Shown: positions 1 to 10,803 of the stretch, one piece after another | Numbering within the stretch: position 1 is the first letter of the stretch | Layout of the letters: every line of letters starts with the position of its first letter | NCBI GenBank assembly: GCA_016710625.1 | Contig: JADJVK010000054.1 | Span: 65,040-129,039 of the forward strand | Source of the DNA: Saprospiraceae bacterium | GTDB lineage: Bacteria; Bacteroidota; Bacteroidia; Chitinophagales; Saprospiraceae | Direction of reading: 5' to 3' | DNA: 64,000 nt | Notes under the pieces: model-generated | The model's database searches: none | What the model was told of the DNA's origin: nothing | The model's input: only the letters and a program-made list of their open reading frames with translations | Translations under genes and position numbers: made by a program

Positions 1-384
1 AGTCGATAGTTCCAAAAAAATTTCCTGTTATATAAATTTCTCCTTTTGAACTTACATTTAAATTAAATTTTTCGTTATTTTTATCCATAAATATTGATTT
101 GCCCAAAGGAATTTACCACTTTTATCAAATTTTGAAATGAAAAAATTTAATCCAAATTTTGTACCCACTGGTCTGTTCAGAGTAAAATCTGTTATTAATG
201 GGTCACAATTAATGCTTTCTGAAAATAAACCTATTGTATAGATATTTCCATAAGAATCTACTTTTAAATCTCGAATACTAGAACCCAATGAACTATAAAA
301 CCCTTTAACCCATTCGAAATTTTGACTTGTTAATTGATATGAAAATATTATAATTAGATTTAATGTAAATAATAGTTTTTTCAT
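1..384 (-). CDS. N-terminal part of a secreted repeat (beta-propeller-like) protein. The gene continues past the window start, and a frameshift lies near position 58.
   Basis: ORF 58..384 starts with signal peptide MKKLLFTLNLIIIFSYQ and carries a YGNIYTIG-type repeat. The reverse complement of 1..57 reads on in another frame as '...GEIYITGNFFGTID', the same repeat type, so the stop at 58 looks like a frameshift. Confidence 0.4.
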
Positions 385-407
385 TTAGGTATATATTTTT
401 TAAATTT

Positions 408-1691
408 TTAAAATCCAATCACAGTTCCTGCCTTAATATATGCTCCTTTTTTGATGATGACTATCCCATCTTTCACACAATATCCTTCTTTTTCTTGGTC
501 GGGTAGTGCGGCATGACCTCTTATTTTGACATTACCTCCCATATAAATATCTTTATCAACAATGCAATTTTCTAAATAGCAATTATCACCTATCCCCATT
601 GGTGGCATTTCTTTGTTTTCCAACAAATCCTGTATGGATTGGTAATAATCGTTACCAAAAATGATGCAATTTTTTATTTCTGTTCCCAGCCCAATTCTCG
701 ATCTATTCCCAATGATGGATCGAGTGATTGAGTCGGCATTGATAATGCAACCATCTGCTATAATCGATCCTCTTATGGTGGTTGAGGATGAAAATTTAGC
801 AGGTGGTAACATTCTTGCTCTAGTGTATATAACTTTCTGATTATCAAATAAATTGAAAGGAGGGAGATTGTCAGTAAGTTCTAGATTGGCATCAAAATAA
901 CTTTTAATTGTTCCAATATCAGTCCAATATCCATTATAATTATAGCCCTTAACTTTCATCCCATTTGTAATGGCAGTAGGTATGATTTCTTTTCCAAAAT
1001 CAGTAAAGTTTGGATATTCTTCAAACATTTTCTTTAAAACAGATTTATTAAAAATATAAATCCCCATAGAAGCTAGGTAGTTTTTTCCTTGAGCTGCATC
1101 TCTTTCACTTACTGGTGAAACCCAATCTTTCAAAACATCAGAATTTGGTTTTTCTATAAACTTATCAATGAAACCAGTATCGTTTACTTTCATAATCCCG
1201 AACCCTGTGGCATCATGGGCATTCACTGGAATTGTTGCTATGCTTATATCTGCTTCAGATTCAGCATGTTGGTTAGCAAATTCACAAAGATCCATTTGGT
1301 AAAGCTGATCGCCTGATAAAATCATGACATAATCATAATCATGCCCATTTAAATGTGGCATGGTTTGTTTAACAGCATCTGAAGTTCCTTGAAACCACTT
1401 TTCACTTCCAGGTCTTTGTTCTGCGGCAATGATGTCCACAAAACTATAACTGAAATTATCGAAATGGTAGGTATTTTTAATGTGCTGATTGAGTGATGCG
1501 GAATTATATTGTGTTAGAACAAATATTCTTTTTATCCCAGAATTCAAGCAATTGGATATGGGAATATCTATTAATCTATATTTTCCAGCTATCGGTACGG
1601 CTGGTTTTGATCTCAAACTTGTCAATGGGTATAATCTTGATCCTGCTCCTCCACCTAAAATTAGGCAAACTATTTTTATTAATTTATCCAT
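408..1691 (-). CDS. glgC: glucose-1-phosphate adenylyltransferase (ADP-glucose pyrophosphorylase)
   Basis: 427 aa. The N-terminal LGGGAGSRLYPLT...KPAVP nucleotidyltransferase motif and the C-terminal left-handed beta-helix hexapeptide repeats are present. Confidence 0.9.
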   Translation of the reverse strand: MDKLIKIVCLILGGGAGSRLYPLTSLRSKPAVPIAGKYRLIDIPISNCLNSGIKRIFVLTQYNSASLNQHIKNTYHFDNFSYSFVDIIAAEQRPGSEKWFQGTSDAVKQTMPHLNGHDYDYVMILSGDQLYQMDLCEFANQHAESEADISIATIPVNAHDATGFGIMKVNDTGFIDKFIEKPNSDVLKDWVSPVSERDAAQGKNYLASMGIYIFNKSVLKKMFEEYPNFTDFGKEIIPTAITNGMKVKGYNYNGYWTDIGTIKSYFDANLELTDNLPPFNLFDNQKVIYTRARMLPPAKFSSSTTIRGSIIADGCIINADSITRSIIGNRSRIGLGTEIKNCIIFGNDYYQSIQDLLENKEMPPMGIGDNCYLENCIVDKDIYMGGNVKIRGHAALPDQEKEGYCVKDGIVIIKKGAYIKAGTVIGF

Positions 1692-1722
1692 AACTTAATA
1701 TAAGTTGATCGTTAACTAATAT

Positions 1723-3150
1723 TTATTTTTTGTAAATCTCAATATATTTTTCTACAGCTACATCCCAAGAATAATTTAATTGAATGATATATTCCCGAAT
1801 CCATTTGAATTTTTCAACTTCTTTATGAAGTAATTCACCTCTATACAAACTCATCACTATATCATCAATTGAGGCATTATTGAAACAAATTCCATAACCT
1901 TCCCATTCTCCAAAATCTTTCACTGTGTCTTTTAATCCGCCTACTCTTCTTACTACAGGAATAGTGCCATATCTCATGGCATACAATTGATTCAAACCGC
2001 AAGGCTCGATTAAAGAAGGCATCAAAAGAAAATCTGCGGCAGCATAGAGTTGGTGAGCCAATGCCTCATTATAGCCGATATAAACACTACTATTTTTTGG
2101 AAATTGATAAACACATTCTTTTAATTGGTCTTCAATATAATTTACTCCAGACCCTAAAATATAGAAATTGACATTTTGTCCAAAACTCAAATATCGCTTA
2201 ATGGTATCTGGTATTAATAAACCACCTTTTTCACTCACCAACCTACCAATAAAAACGACTAATGGCAAATAGGGGTCAAATCCTGATGCTTCGCAAATCT
2301 GAAGTTTGTTGGCTTTTTTGAATTCATGTATATCTTTCGTCATTTTATTTTCCAAATAGGGGTCGGTTGCTGGATTCCATACATCTGTATCGATTCCATT
2401 CACGATTCCTCTACTTTTCATCCAAGTCTCATTGTAAAGTCTTTGTAGTGGATTTTCACCAAATTTTAACTCATCCAAATAACCTTCAGAAACTGTAGTC
2501 ATATAATCACAACATTTTACACCAGTTGCCAACGGATTTATTGTATCACTCCAATCCAAAAATCCCATATTTCTTTCGTGAAAATCTGGTAAATATTTTG
2601 ATAATGACCAACTAAATGCTCCTGTATATAGTCCATTATGGATAGTGAAAACTGTCTTAATGTGCTGTAAACCATAGAACTTGTAACAATGTCTTATCAT
2701 AAAAGGTATCAGCCCTGTATGATGGTCGTGGCAATGAAAAACTCCGGGTTTGTCATCCCAAGTATTGATAAAATCTAAAGCAGCATGTTGGAAAAACAAA
2801 AATCTCAATGGGTCATCTGAGTATCCGTAAATATTTGGACGATACAATAAATCTGGAATATGCACAAAAAAAACATCGAAGCCTAAATTGTTATTTTCAG
2901 ATTTTATGATTTCATAATTCACATTATAGTTGGCTCCAGTTAGGTTTCCATGCCATTCGTGTTTTACTGGATTGTTGTGATTCCATTTTTGGTCGTACCA
3001 AGGAAGGAATACCGCTGTGTGTAACCCTCTTTTAATCAAATATTTAGGTAGGGCACCTACCACATCTCCTAATCCGCCTGTTTTAGCAATTGGATAACAT
3101 TCTGCTGCAAAATGAATAACTTGATACATAATACAATTCAATTTTTCCAA
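1723..3150 (-). CDS. glgA: glycogen synthase (ADP-glucose type, GT5)
   Basis: 475 aa. N-terminal HFAAECYPIAKTGGLGDVVGALPK motif and C-terminal GT-B fold. It lies directly upstream of glgC on the same strand. Confidence 0.9.
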   Translation of the reverse strand: MEKLNCIMYQVIHFAAECYPIAKTGGLGDVVGALPKYLIKRGLHTAVFLPWYDQKWNHNNPVKHEWHGNLTGANYNVNYEIIKSENNNLGFDVFFVHIPDLLYRPNIYGYSDDPLRFLFFQHAALDFINTWDDKPGVFHCHDHHTGLIPFMIRHCYKFYGLQHIKTVFTIHNGLYTGAFSWSLSKYLPDFHERNMGFLDWSDTINPLATGVKCCDYMTTVSEGYLDELKFGENPLQRLYNETWMKSRGIVNGIDTDVWNPATDPYLENKMTKDIHEFKKANKLQICEASGFDPYLPLVVFIGRLVSEKGGLLIPDTIKRYLSFGQNVNFYILGSGVNYIEDQLKECVYQFPKNSSVYIGYNEALAHQLYAAADFLLMPSLIEPCGLNQLYAMRYGTIPVVRRVGGLKDTVKDFGEWEGYGICFNNASIDDIVMSLYRGELLHKEVEKFKWIREYIIQLNYSWDVAVEKYIEIYKK

Positions 3151-3243
3151 ATGTAATTATAAATGTAAATAAATTTAAATTTTTTAAATGAAAAATAAAT
3201 TAATTGAAAATCAAATTAAATTTGTGAATAAATATAAATTTTA

Positions 3244-4203
3244 ATGAAAGCGATTGTTTTAAAAGATTTAGAAAATCTGAATTATGAAGAAATTGATAAT
3301 CAGTCAATTGAAGGATTCGTAAAAATCAAAATAAAAGCTTCTGCTTTGAATCATCGTGATGTTTGGATATCTAAAGGACAATATGCTGGAATAAAATTTC
3401 CAATGGTTTTGGGTTCGGATGGAGTAGGTTTTGATGATCAGGGAAAGAAAGTTATCATAAACCCTGGTTTGAATTGGGGCTCCAATGAAGCATTTCAATC
3501 GAAAAGTTATCAAATTTTAGGATTGCCAAATTTTGGTACTTTTTCAGATTCCTGTTGGGTTGCTCCTACTCAAATTTACGATTTCCCAACTCATCTTGAT
3601 GATGTTTCTGCTGCTGCACTGCCTTCGGCTGGTGTAACAGCCTATCGTTCCCTATTTTCAAGGGCAAAAGTAAAACCAACTGATAAAGTATTAATCTCTG
3701 GAGTTGGTGGAGGTGTTGCTTTGTTTGCTATGCAATTTGCAATTGCTTTAGGTTGTGATGTTTATGTAACATCAGGGCATGAATGGAAAATCGAAAAAGC
3801 TATATCAATGGGTGCAAAAGGTGGAAAAAATTATAAATCAGATAGTTATGTAAAGGAGTTTCAATCAGAAGTTGGTGGTTTTGATGTGATAGTGGATAGT
3901 GCAGGTGGTGATGGATTCTCCAATTTGGTAAAATTAGCAAATCCTGGGGGTAGAATAGTATTTTATGGTGGCACTAATGGAAATTTGAATATCAATCCTC
4001 AAATGGTGTTTTGGAAGCAATTGTCGATTTTGGGTTCGACGATGGGTAGCGATCATGACTTTGCTGAAATGTTGGCTTTTGTCAACCAATATAAAATTGT
4101 GCCAGTGGTCGATAGCATATTCGAATTAAAAGATTTTAAAGCAGCTTTTGATAAAATGAATAAGGGTGAACAATTTGGGAAAATAGTTTTTAGAAATAGT
4201 TAA
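3244..4203 (+). CDS. zinc-binding alcohol dehydrogenase / quinone oxidoreductase family (MDR) protein
   Basis: 319 aa. GroES-like N-terminal domain, GVGGGVALFAMQFAIALG Rossmann motif, ...FGKIVF C-terminus. Confidence 0.75.
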   Translation: MKAIVLKDLENLNYEEIDNQSIEGFVKIKIKASALNHRDVWISKGQYAGIKFPMVLGSDGVGFDDQGKKVIINPGLNWGSNEAFQSKSYQILGLPNFGTFSDSCWVAPTQIYDFPTHLDDVSAAALPSAGVTAYRSLFSRAKVKPTDKVLISGVGGGVALFAMQFAIALGCDVYVTSGHEWKIEKAISMGAKGGKNYKSDSYVKEFQSEVGGFDVIVDSAGGDGFSNLVKLANPGGRIVFYGGTNGNLNINPQMVFWKQLSILGSTMGSDHDFAEMLAFVNQYKIVPVVDSIFELKDFKAAFDKMNKGEQFGKIVFRNS

Positions 4204-5244
4204 TTAACTTTCTTGTTGATAATAGATTTTATAAAATTTTCTGCCGTCTTGATCGACGCCATGTTCGAGCAATTCTTTGTCGCCATGAATGTATATATGG
4301 AAATTTTTATCTAATTTAAGTACACTTTTGAAGTTTTTTTCTTGTTTTTTTAAAGCTATTGGTGAGATTTCGAAATGGTCAGCAATAGTCAACTCATTTT
4401 TTTCTCTGAAATTTTCATCAAAATTTCTAAACGAATTGATGATTTCTGCCTCTTGAAAAACTTGATTTTCAAAATCTTCTTTCTCGAATTTATCATTCGT
4501 TTTGAAATAATCTACTGATCGATTTAATAATTCTATTTTGTCCGATTGAGTGAGGTTGTTTTCTTTGTTTAATTGTTTGGTTACGAATGTTTTAGTTATC
4601 TGTAAAAAATCTTTTGTGTAATGATAATCATCTTTGCAAGGGATTATATTCAAAAAATTATCTTTCCAAAACTGGGCTTCAACTGATCTGTTGGATTTGT
4701 CCACTGAGCAGATTTTATAGCCATTTGATTTGTCTGTATTGAATATCAGGCAGCCTTTATCTAGCTTATCAATTTGAATTCCTTCGTTTTTATTAATTGA
4801 AAATGAGTTGTTTATATTTTTAAGTTGAAGAAAAGTTTGTTTATTTTCCGATTTGAAAATTCCAATTGCATCTACTAATTCATCTTCAAAAACAACATTA
4901 GTGAAAAAAGCTATGAATAAATCACCATCTTTTATTTGTGAATGAATTGAGTTGTTATACAAAAATGTGGCAATAGCCTTTGTTTGTTCTTGAAAATTAG
5001 CTTGATTATCAAATATTTCGACAACAGATTGATAGATTTCATTTTCAAAACCTTCATTTGCAAAGGAATGATATTCCACTAAATCTACAAATGGAGTAAT
5101 AAAATAATTATGTAAAGAATCAATTAACTCTTGATTGTCAATAGCTAACAGGTTGTCAGACAAAACCAAAGGTTTCTCATTTGATTTATTTCCAACTGAA
5201 TGAACAATCAATTTTTCTAATACACCATTACTAAAATCTAACAT
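4204..5244 (-). CDS. nucleoid-associated protein, NdpA/YejK (NA37) family
   Basis: 346 aa. Block-wise resemblance to E. coli YejK (LIVHSVGNK start, acidic central region, ...GRKFYKIYYQ C-terminus). Family assignment is from memory. Confidence 0.5.
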   Translation of the reverse strand: MLDFSNGVLEKLIVHSVGNKSNEKPLVLSDNLLAIDNQELIDSLHNYFITPFVDLVEYHSFANEGFENEIYQSVVEIFDNQANFQEQTKAIATFLYNNSIHSQIKDGDLFIAFFTNVVFEDELVDAIGIFKSENKQTFLQLKNINNSFSINKNEGIQIDKLDKGCLIFNTDKSNGYKICSVDKSNRSVEAQFWKDNFLNIIPCKDDYHYTKDFLQITKTFVTKQLNKENNLTQSDKIELLNRSVDYFKTNDKFEKEDFENQVFQEAEIINSFRNFDENFREKNELTIADHFEISPIALKKQEKNFKSVLKLDKNFHIYIHGDKELLEHGVDQDGRKFYKIYYQQES

Positions 5245-5384
5245 TGGACATTTTAGTGCGAAATTACAATGAAATTTAATAAAAACAATGAATTTTTAAA
5301 GTAGGAAAAAAGGGAGGAAGGCAACTTGTAGAAACAAAAAAGTCGAACCTCTTTAGATCCGACCATTAACTACAAATTATAATC

Positions 5385-5523
5385 CCATGAACATATTTAT
5401 CTTTATAACTTTATATTGCGTCTTTTTGTTCTTTGTGGTAACCATTTTTAGAAAACTTTAACAAATTTCGCCGACCCTAGCCGAACTAAGGTCGGCGAAA
5501 TATAATATCCCATGAACATATCC
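5385..5523. repeat. intergenic element: a 15-nt direct repeat (atcccatgaacatat x2) flanking a perfect 12-bp GC-rich hairpin
   Basis: atcccatgaacatat sits at 5385-5399 and 5509-5523. The hairpin atttcgccgacc / ggtcggcgaaat is at about 5466-5500 with a 13-nt loop. It is strikingly GC-rich for this genome. Confidence 0.4.
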
Positions 5524-5692
5524 AAAAATGGTAGTAATTACTTTTAATTACTTTGATGATACAAATATCTAACAGAAAATTTTTTTTGCAAAATACAAAA
5601 AAAGGCAATTGTGATTTTAATATAATTTAATATTTGATATAAAATAAAGTAAATCAATTTAATGTAAAATTAAAATGTGAAAATAATATAAC

Positions 5693-5733
5693 AAAAAAGG
5701 CTTTTTCATTGCGAAAAAAGCCTTTTTTAATTT
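5693..5733. terminator. bidirectional rho-independent terminator
   Basis: aaaaaaggcttttt-cattgcg-aaaaaagcctttttt has an A-tract before and a T-tract after. It lies immediately 3' of the minus-strand gene ending at 5739. Confidence 0.7.
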
Positions 5734-5738
5734 TTTAT

Positions 5739-7682
5739 TTATCTAGAAAGATTGATTTTTTCCGTGATTACTTCAGTTCCATTATCAATAAGTAGTAAGT
5801 AATTATCATTGGATAAAGACTCTGGTAAATGCAATTCAACTGTATGATATCCGCTATTCAAATAAGAAATTTGTTGATATACCAATTTTCCAGAATTAGA
5901 TAATACTTTGAAAGATATATTTTGATTCTTTTGGACAATAACCTGCATGTTCAAATCTCCTTTTGATGGATTTGGGTATAAATTCAATACTCTGAAATTA
6001 TTCACAGGCCTTACAACTGACACAATATTAGAATAAAAATCGGAACCGTCGATATCTAAGGTTTTAATTCTATAATAACTTTCAAAAGTTGGATTTTTAT
6101 CAACAAATTCATAATTCAAGGTATGCAATGAATTTCCTGCCGCTGCAACTTCTCCAATATTTTCCCAATTGCTATTTGCCCCATCCTTTCTTTGAATTAT
6201 ATGTGTTTTTGTATTTAATTCATTTAAAGTTGACCATAATATTTTATTCGTATTACCTTCTTTTATAGCTTTTATTTCCACCAATTCTAATGGAAGAGAG
6301 GCAATTGAACGAAGTTGAACATTTTGGATGGTAAGGCCACCAGCTGTTAAAGTAGCAGAAATTGTTTTTGTTACATAAGCTGATTTAGTATATGTAACAG
6401 TAAATGTACCTGGGGTAACTTGACCTGTTGCATAATTACCATTGTAAATTGATAAAGTGCTATTCAAGGGGTCCGTATGATTAATTTTAACATCTACACC
6501 ATTTAATAATTGACCAGTCAAAGAGTCAGTTACAATGCCTTCTAAATAACAGGCATTTTTATAGTCAGGTGTTAAAACAAAAAGCTTTCCTGTATCTTGA
6601 CTCATAGATATACCAGCATTAGAGATATTGGTTACTAATAAATTACCTGATGGAAGATAAGGGTAAACTCCCCAACAGCCTTTAAAACCATTTCCTGAGC
6701 CATTAGGATAAGTATCATATCTTCCTACTTGAACTAGATTACCCGGTCTTGAGATATCAGTTATTGTGATTCCGTCTGTGTACCAAGAAGTTACAGCAAA
6801 ATGATCTTTGATGTAAGTATTGTGAACAATAGATCCACTTCCCGGTGTTGGTTGAATTTTATCTAATAAAGTGATATTTCCCAAATCACTGATATCAAAA
6901 CTTGCTAAATAGCTACCTGAGTTTTCATCTGTAGTAAATAAATAGTTTTTGTCATTAGAAGGCCAAGTATTGTGGCAAAAATAGGTGGGAGTTTGAAAAG
7001 TAGCCAAAGTTACTGGCGAATTTTTAACTGTAAAGTCTACTACTCTAACATTTGTTATTCCAGAATTTCCTAATTCTGCAGCATACATTATGTCATTATC
7101 AACATATCCATCGTGAATATATCTTGCAGTTTGCATTCCTGCAAAAACAGGATTGTAAGGATCAGTATTTAAATCCAAGGCTATTGCTCCGCCATTTGCT
7201 AATCCGGTTGCACCATATATATAACAATAACCCTTTGTAGTATCTACATGTAAAGAATGTGAACGCTTCAATTGATTTAAAATTCCACCATCTCCATGAT
7301 ATTTTTTAAAAGGGATAGATGGGTTTGGTAAATTTGTCAAATTTGCAATGCCTACACCACCATAACCAGAGGGAGTTGATCCTTCTGATGTTATATAAGC
7401 ATAATTTCCATATGTTTTGATTTCTCTCCAAAGGTTAGTAATTGTATCAGTTAGTTGCTGGATAAAGACTGGAGATGCAGGATTTGTTACATCCATCACA
7501 ACCATGCCATCAGCAACACCAACTAATGCATATTCTTTCCCATCTTTTGCAAACCCCCAAATATTTGCACAATATTTTCCGGGCCATTTCACCACAGAAT
7601 TAAAGGTGACATTATAATCTTGAGAAAAAATAGTATTTGATAGGAAAATATAAAGTACTAAGAAAAGTAATTTTAATTTCAT
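5739..7682 (-). CDS. T9SS-secreted protein: conserved N-terminal (beta-propeller-like) domain, CarboxypepD_reg-like domain, type-A C-terminal sorting domain
   Basis: 647 aa. Signal peptide MKLKLLFLVLYIFLSNTIFSQ. The C-terminus has the LYPNPSKG motif followed by a beta-sandwich tail. The N-terminal roughly 330 aa are paralogous to ORF 10804..13188. Confidence 0.7.
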   Translation of the reverse strand: MKLKLLFLVLYIFLSNTIFSQDYNVTFNSVVKWPGKYCANIWGFAKDGKEYALVGVADGMVVMDVTNPASPVFIQQLTDTITNLWREIKTYGNYAYITSEGSTPSGYGGVGIANLTNLPNPSIPFKKYHGDGGILNQLKRSHSLHVDTTKGYCYIYGATGLANGGAIALDLNTDPYNPVFAGMQTARYIHDGYVDNDIMYAAELGNSGITNVRVVDFTVKNSPVTLATFQTPTYFCHNTWPSNDKNYLFTTDENSGSYLASFDISDLGNITLLDKIQPTPGSGSIVHNTYIKDHFAVTSWYTDGITITDISRPGNLVQVGRYDTYPNGSGNGFKGCWGVYPYLPSGNLLVTNISNAGISMSQDTGKLFVLTPDYKNACYLEGIVTDSLTGQLLNGVDVKINHTDPLNSTLSIYNGNYATGQVTPGTFTVTYTKSAYVTKTISATLTAGGLTIQNVQLRSIASLPLELVEIKAIKEGNTNKILWSTLNELNTKTHIIQRKDGANSNWENIGEVAAAGNSLHTLNYEFVDKNPTFESYYRIKTLDIDGSDFYSNIVSVVRPVNNFRVLNLYPNPSKGDLNMQVIVQKNQNISFKVLSNSGKLVYQQISYLNSGYHTVELHLPESLSNDNYLLLIDNGTEVITEKINLSR

Positions 7683-7764
7683 GATAATTGTCGAAATTTT
7701 ATTTCTGCAAATTTACAGTTTTTCAACATTATTTTTAATAAAATTTTAATAATCCAAATAAAAT

Positions 7765-8079
7765 TTATGTAACATTTTCTTTTATCCAATTAAAATATTT
7801 TTCATTACAATTTACTTCCCAATTCATGATACATGGAACTTCATATGTATGTAAATTTTCAATTTTAGCAATAGTTGAATCAATTTTTTTTGGTAGCGTT
7901 TTAAGAATAGCAACAAGTTCGTCTTCGTTTTCAATATTATCCTTCCACCAATAGCAAGATTGAATTGGAATTATGTTGTAACAGGCTATAAATCTTTCGT
8001 TTATAAGTGTATCGCAAACGGTTTTTAATATTTTTTCATCAGGGAAAGTGCAATATATAAGTGTAATAGTTGATGGCAT
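7765..8079 (-). CDS. cutA: divalent-cation tolerance protein CutA
   Basis: 104 aa, with the CutA1 fold signature (ITLIYCTFPDE...FIACYNI...SCYWWKDNIE...HTYEVPCI). Confidence 0.75.
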   Translation of the reverse strand: MPSTITLIYCTFPDEKILKTVCDTLINERFIACYNIIPIQSCYWWKDNIENEDELVAILKTLPKKIDSTIAKIENLHTYEVPCIMNWEVNCNEKYFNWIKENVT

Positions 8080-8147
8080 AACAAATTTTATTTATTTGAT
8101 TTGAAAATATTATTCAATAAAAAAATTAGCTTTACAAAAAAAAAATA

Positions 8148-10755
8148 ATGCGAAATCTGTTGCTCTTTATTCTGATTATTTCTGCCAATATACTGATTTC
8201 TCAAAATAATCAACATAAAAAAGTGCTAGACCATAAAGATTTGGTTACTTGGAACAAAATGGACCAAGTTCAAATCTCTCAAAATGGCAACTATGTACTT
8301 TATAGGGTGTTTAGTGAGATAAATGACCCCAAAGTGGTTGTTTATAACAAAAATAATCAAAAAGAATTTATAATCAATAGAGCAAGTGAAGCAAAGTTTT
8401 ATGGTGAAAAGTTTGTTGTCTTAAAAGTCAAAATTCCAGTTGATTCCCTTCGACAACTGAAAAGGAAAAAGACGAATGAAAATGATTTGCCAAAAGATAC
8501 TTGTTATTTAGTGCGATTAGATAGTTTTAAAATAGAGAAAATCAGTAATTTGAAAAGTTGGAAAATTATTGAATCTGATTCAGGAAATGCAATGTGCATT
8601 CAACTGGAACCCTCCAAAAAAGTAACACAAGATACGACCATTAAAAAGAAATGGAAACCTGAAAACAAAGAGAATGGTAGTAAGTTGATAGTTTTCCAAA
8701 ATGAGAAAAAAGAAACTTTTAATTATGTGAAAGATTTTAATATTGCTGACAAACAAAATGCTATTTTATTTCTAACAACAGGTGAAGATTCAATAAATCG
8801 AAATAAGCTTTACTATATTCCAGCAAATTCAAAAAATTTTGAACCCAAATTAATCGTAGATACCACTGAATCAATTAAAAACCTGACCCTTCATCCTGAA
8901 AAAAATTCCTTTGCTTTCTTACAAGATGCTGACACTAGTAAAACCAATATTAACCGAAAATATCAACTATTTTTATGGAAAGATAGCCAAATAAAAAGAG
9001 TTTCAGCGGAACATTTGAAAAATCAATCTTTGATTTTGTCAGATGCTGGCATTCTGCAATTCAATCCAAAAACGAATTATTTGTTGTATGCTGCAGCAAA
9101 ACCATTAGCGGTTCAAGATACCAATGTTGTACCTGATGAAATCGTAAATGTTGAAGTTTGGAATTCGCTGAAAGGAAAATTATATACTCAGCAAAATGTT
9201 GATGCAGAAAAAGATAAAAACAAAATTTGATGTATATATCAATAATGCATTGACAAACAATAATTTAGTAGGAATCAAAGGTTTGCTAAATTTACCCTCT
9301 TTATCACCAAACAAGCAATATTTATTGTGGTTCAATCCAATTGATACTACTTGGAATTCCTATCATATTGCTGATAATCAATTTGTTAAAATCACAAATA
9401 ACAAAGTTGCTACATTTTATGATCATGAGAATGACCAACCTGATTATCCAAATGTTTACGGAGTAGCAACTTGGCTCGATAAGGATGAAAATGTGCTGAT
9501 TTATGATGAATTAGACTTGTGGATGGTGGACCCATCAGGGAAAATGAGCCCTTATCGATTGACAAATGGAAAAGAAACTCATACAGAATATCGGTATATT
9601 CATTTAGACAAAAAGAATAATTATTTAGTTGGAAGAGATTCGATTTTGTTACATACTACTGATAAAAATACCTATGAAGAAGGTTATGTTTGGTATTCCA
9701 TATCAAAAAATCGATTTTATCCAATTGTAAAAGAGAATTTGAGTTATTCCAGCAGAATTTATTTTGATAAAAAACTGAAAACTGCCCTATTTGCAAAAGA
9801 ATCATTTTTGCAATATCCAGATTTACAATTGGTTAATAATTTGAATTTTAATAAACTTGAAAAAATTTCAGATGTTAATCCACAACAAAAAAATTACAAT
9901 TGGGGAACAATAGAATTGGTGAAATGGATCGATCCAGATGGTAAATTGACAAAGGGTTTGTTAGTGAAACCTGCTGATTTTGACCCAAATAAAAAATATC
10001 CTATGATTGTCAATTTCTATGAAAAAGAAAGTGATAATATTTTGAGACATAGAGCTCCTGAGCCGAATAGGTCTTCTATAAATTATGTATTTTATGCCAG
10101 TCGTGGCTATGTGATTTTCAATCCAGATATTACTTATAAAATAGGCTATCCTGGTAAAAGTGCTTTAGATATTGTTGAGTCGGGAGTGAAATATATTTTA
10201 TCCAAAGGATTTGTCGATCCCAATAGAGTAGGGATTCAAGGTCATAGTTGGGGTGGTTACCAAATTGCCTACATTCTCACCAAATCCAAGATGTTCAGAT
10301 GTGCTGAATCGGGTGCACCTGTAGTGAATATGACCAGTGCTTACGGCGGAATTCGATGGGAAACTGGCTTGAGTAGGATGTTCCAATATGAAAAGGCACA
10401 AAGTAGGTTGGGAGCAACACTTTGGGAAAATCCAAAATTGTATTTAGAAAATTCTCCATTGTTTGAAATGGATAAAGTAACTACTCCAGTTTTAGTGATG
10501 AGCAATGATAAAGATGGTCATGTGCCTTGGTATCAAGGTATTGAATATTTTATGGCACTGAGAAGATTGGGTAAACCAGCTTGGTTATTGAATTACAATG
10601 GAGAGCCCCATTGGCCAGTGAAATTACAGAATAGGATTGATTTTAATATTAGAATGCAGCAGTATTTTGACTATTATTTGAAAGACTATAATATGACTTC
10701 ATGGATGAGTGAAGAGATGAAGTCATATGAAAAAGGAATCAATCTAGGATATTAA
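8148..10755 (+). CDS. S9-family serine peptidase (prolyl oligopeptidase / acylaminoacyl-peptidase-like), split by one frameshift at about 9196-9230
   Basis: ORFs 8148..9230 and 9196..10755 overlap by 35 nt in different frames. Together they give a signal peptide, a beta-propeller, and an alpha/beta-hydrolase domain with GHSWGG (Ser), a DKDGHVP Asp and an EPHWP His. Confidence 0.75.
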
Positions 10756-10803
10756 TATTTTGAAATATAAAATTTATAGTACATTTGTTCAAATTAAATA
10801 AAT

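Noticed and set aside
1489-1698. Small + strand ORFs nested antisense inside glgC (also 3304..3513, 7052..7240, 7417..7617, 10198..10401, 12738..12980, 18885..19281, 21586..21976, 23076..23318, 26479..26852, 28761..29003, 29445..29645, 31612..32422, 34618..34809, 37019..37204, 38049..38279, 41317..41547, 44023..44232, 47740..48051, 48722..48919, 50509..50694, 51344..51664, 51908..52135, 53221..53481, 53899..54087, 55512..55789, 56472..56747, 58378..58599, 61100..61645).
   Set aside because: All lie wholly within and antisense (or out of frame) to well-supported longer genes. They are low-complexity or hydrophobic junk with no independent support.
8148-10755. Two separate peptidase-related genes (a 360-aa propeller protein and a 519-aa S9 peptidase).
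   Set aside because: The 35-nt overlap in adjacent frames and the domain order (propeller then alpha/beta-hydrolase) show one gene with a single indel. Other clear indel errors occur in this contig, for example in lysS.
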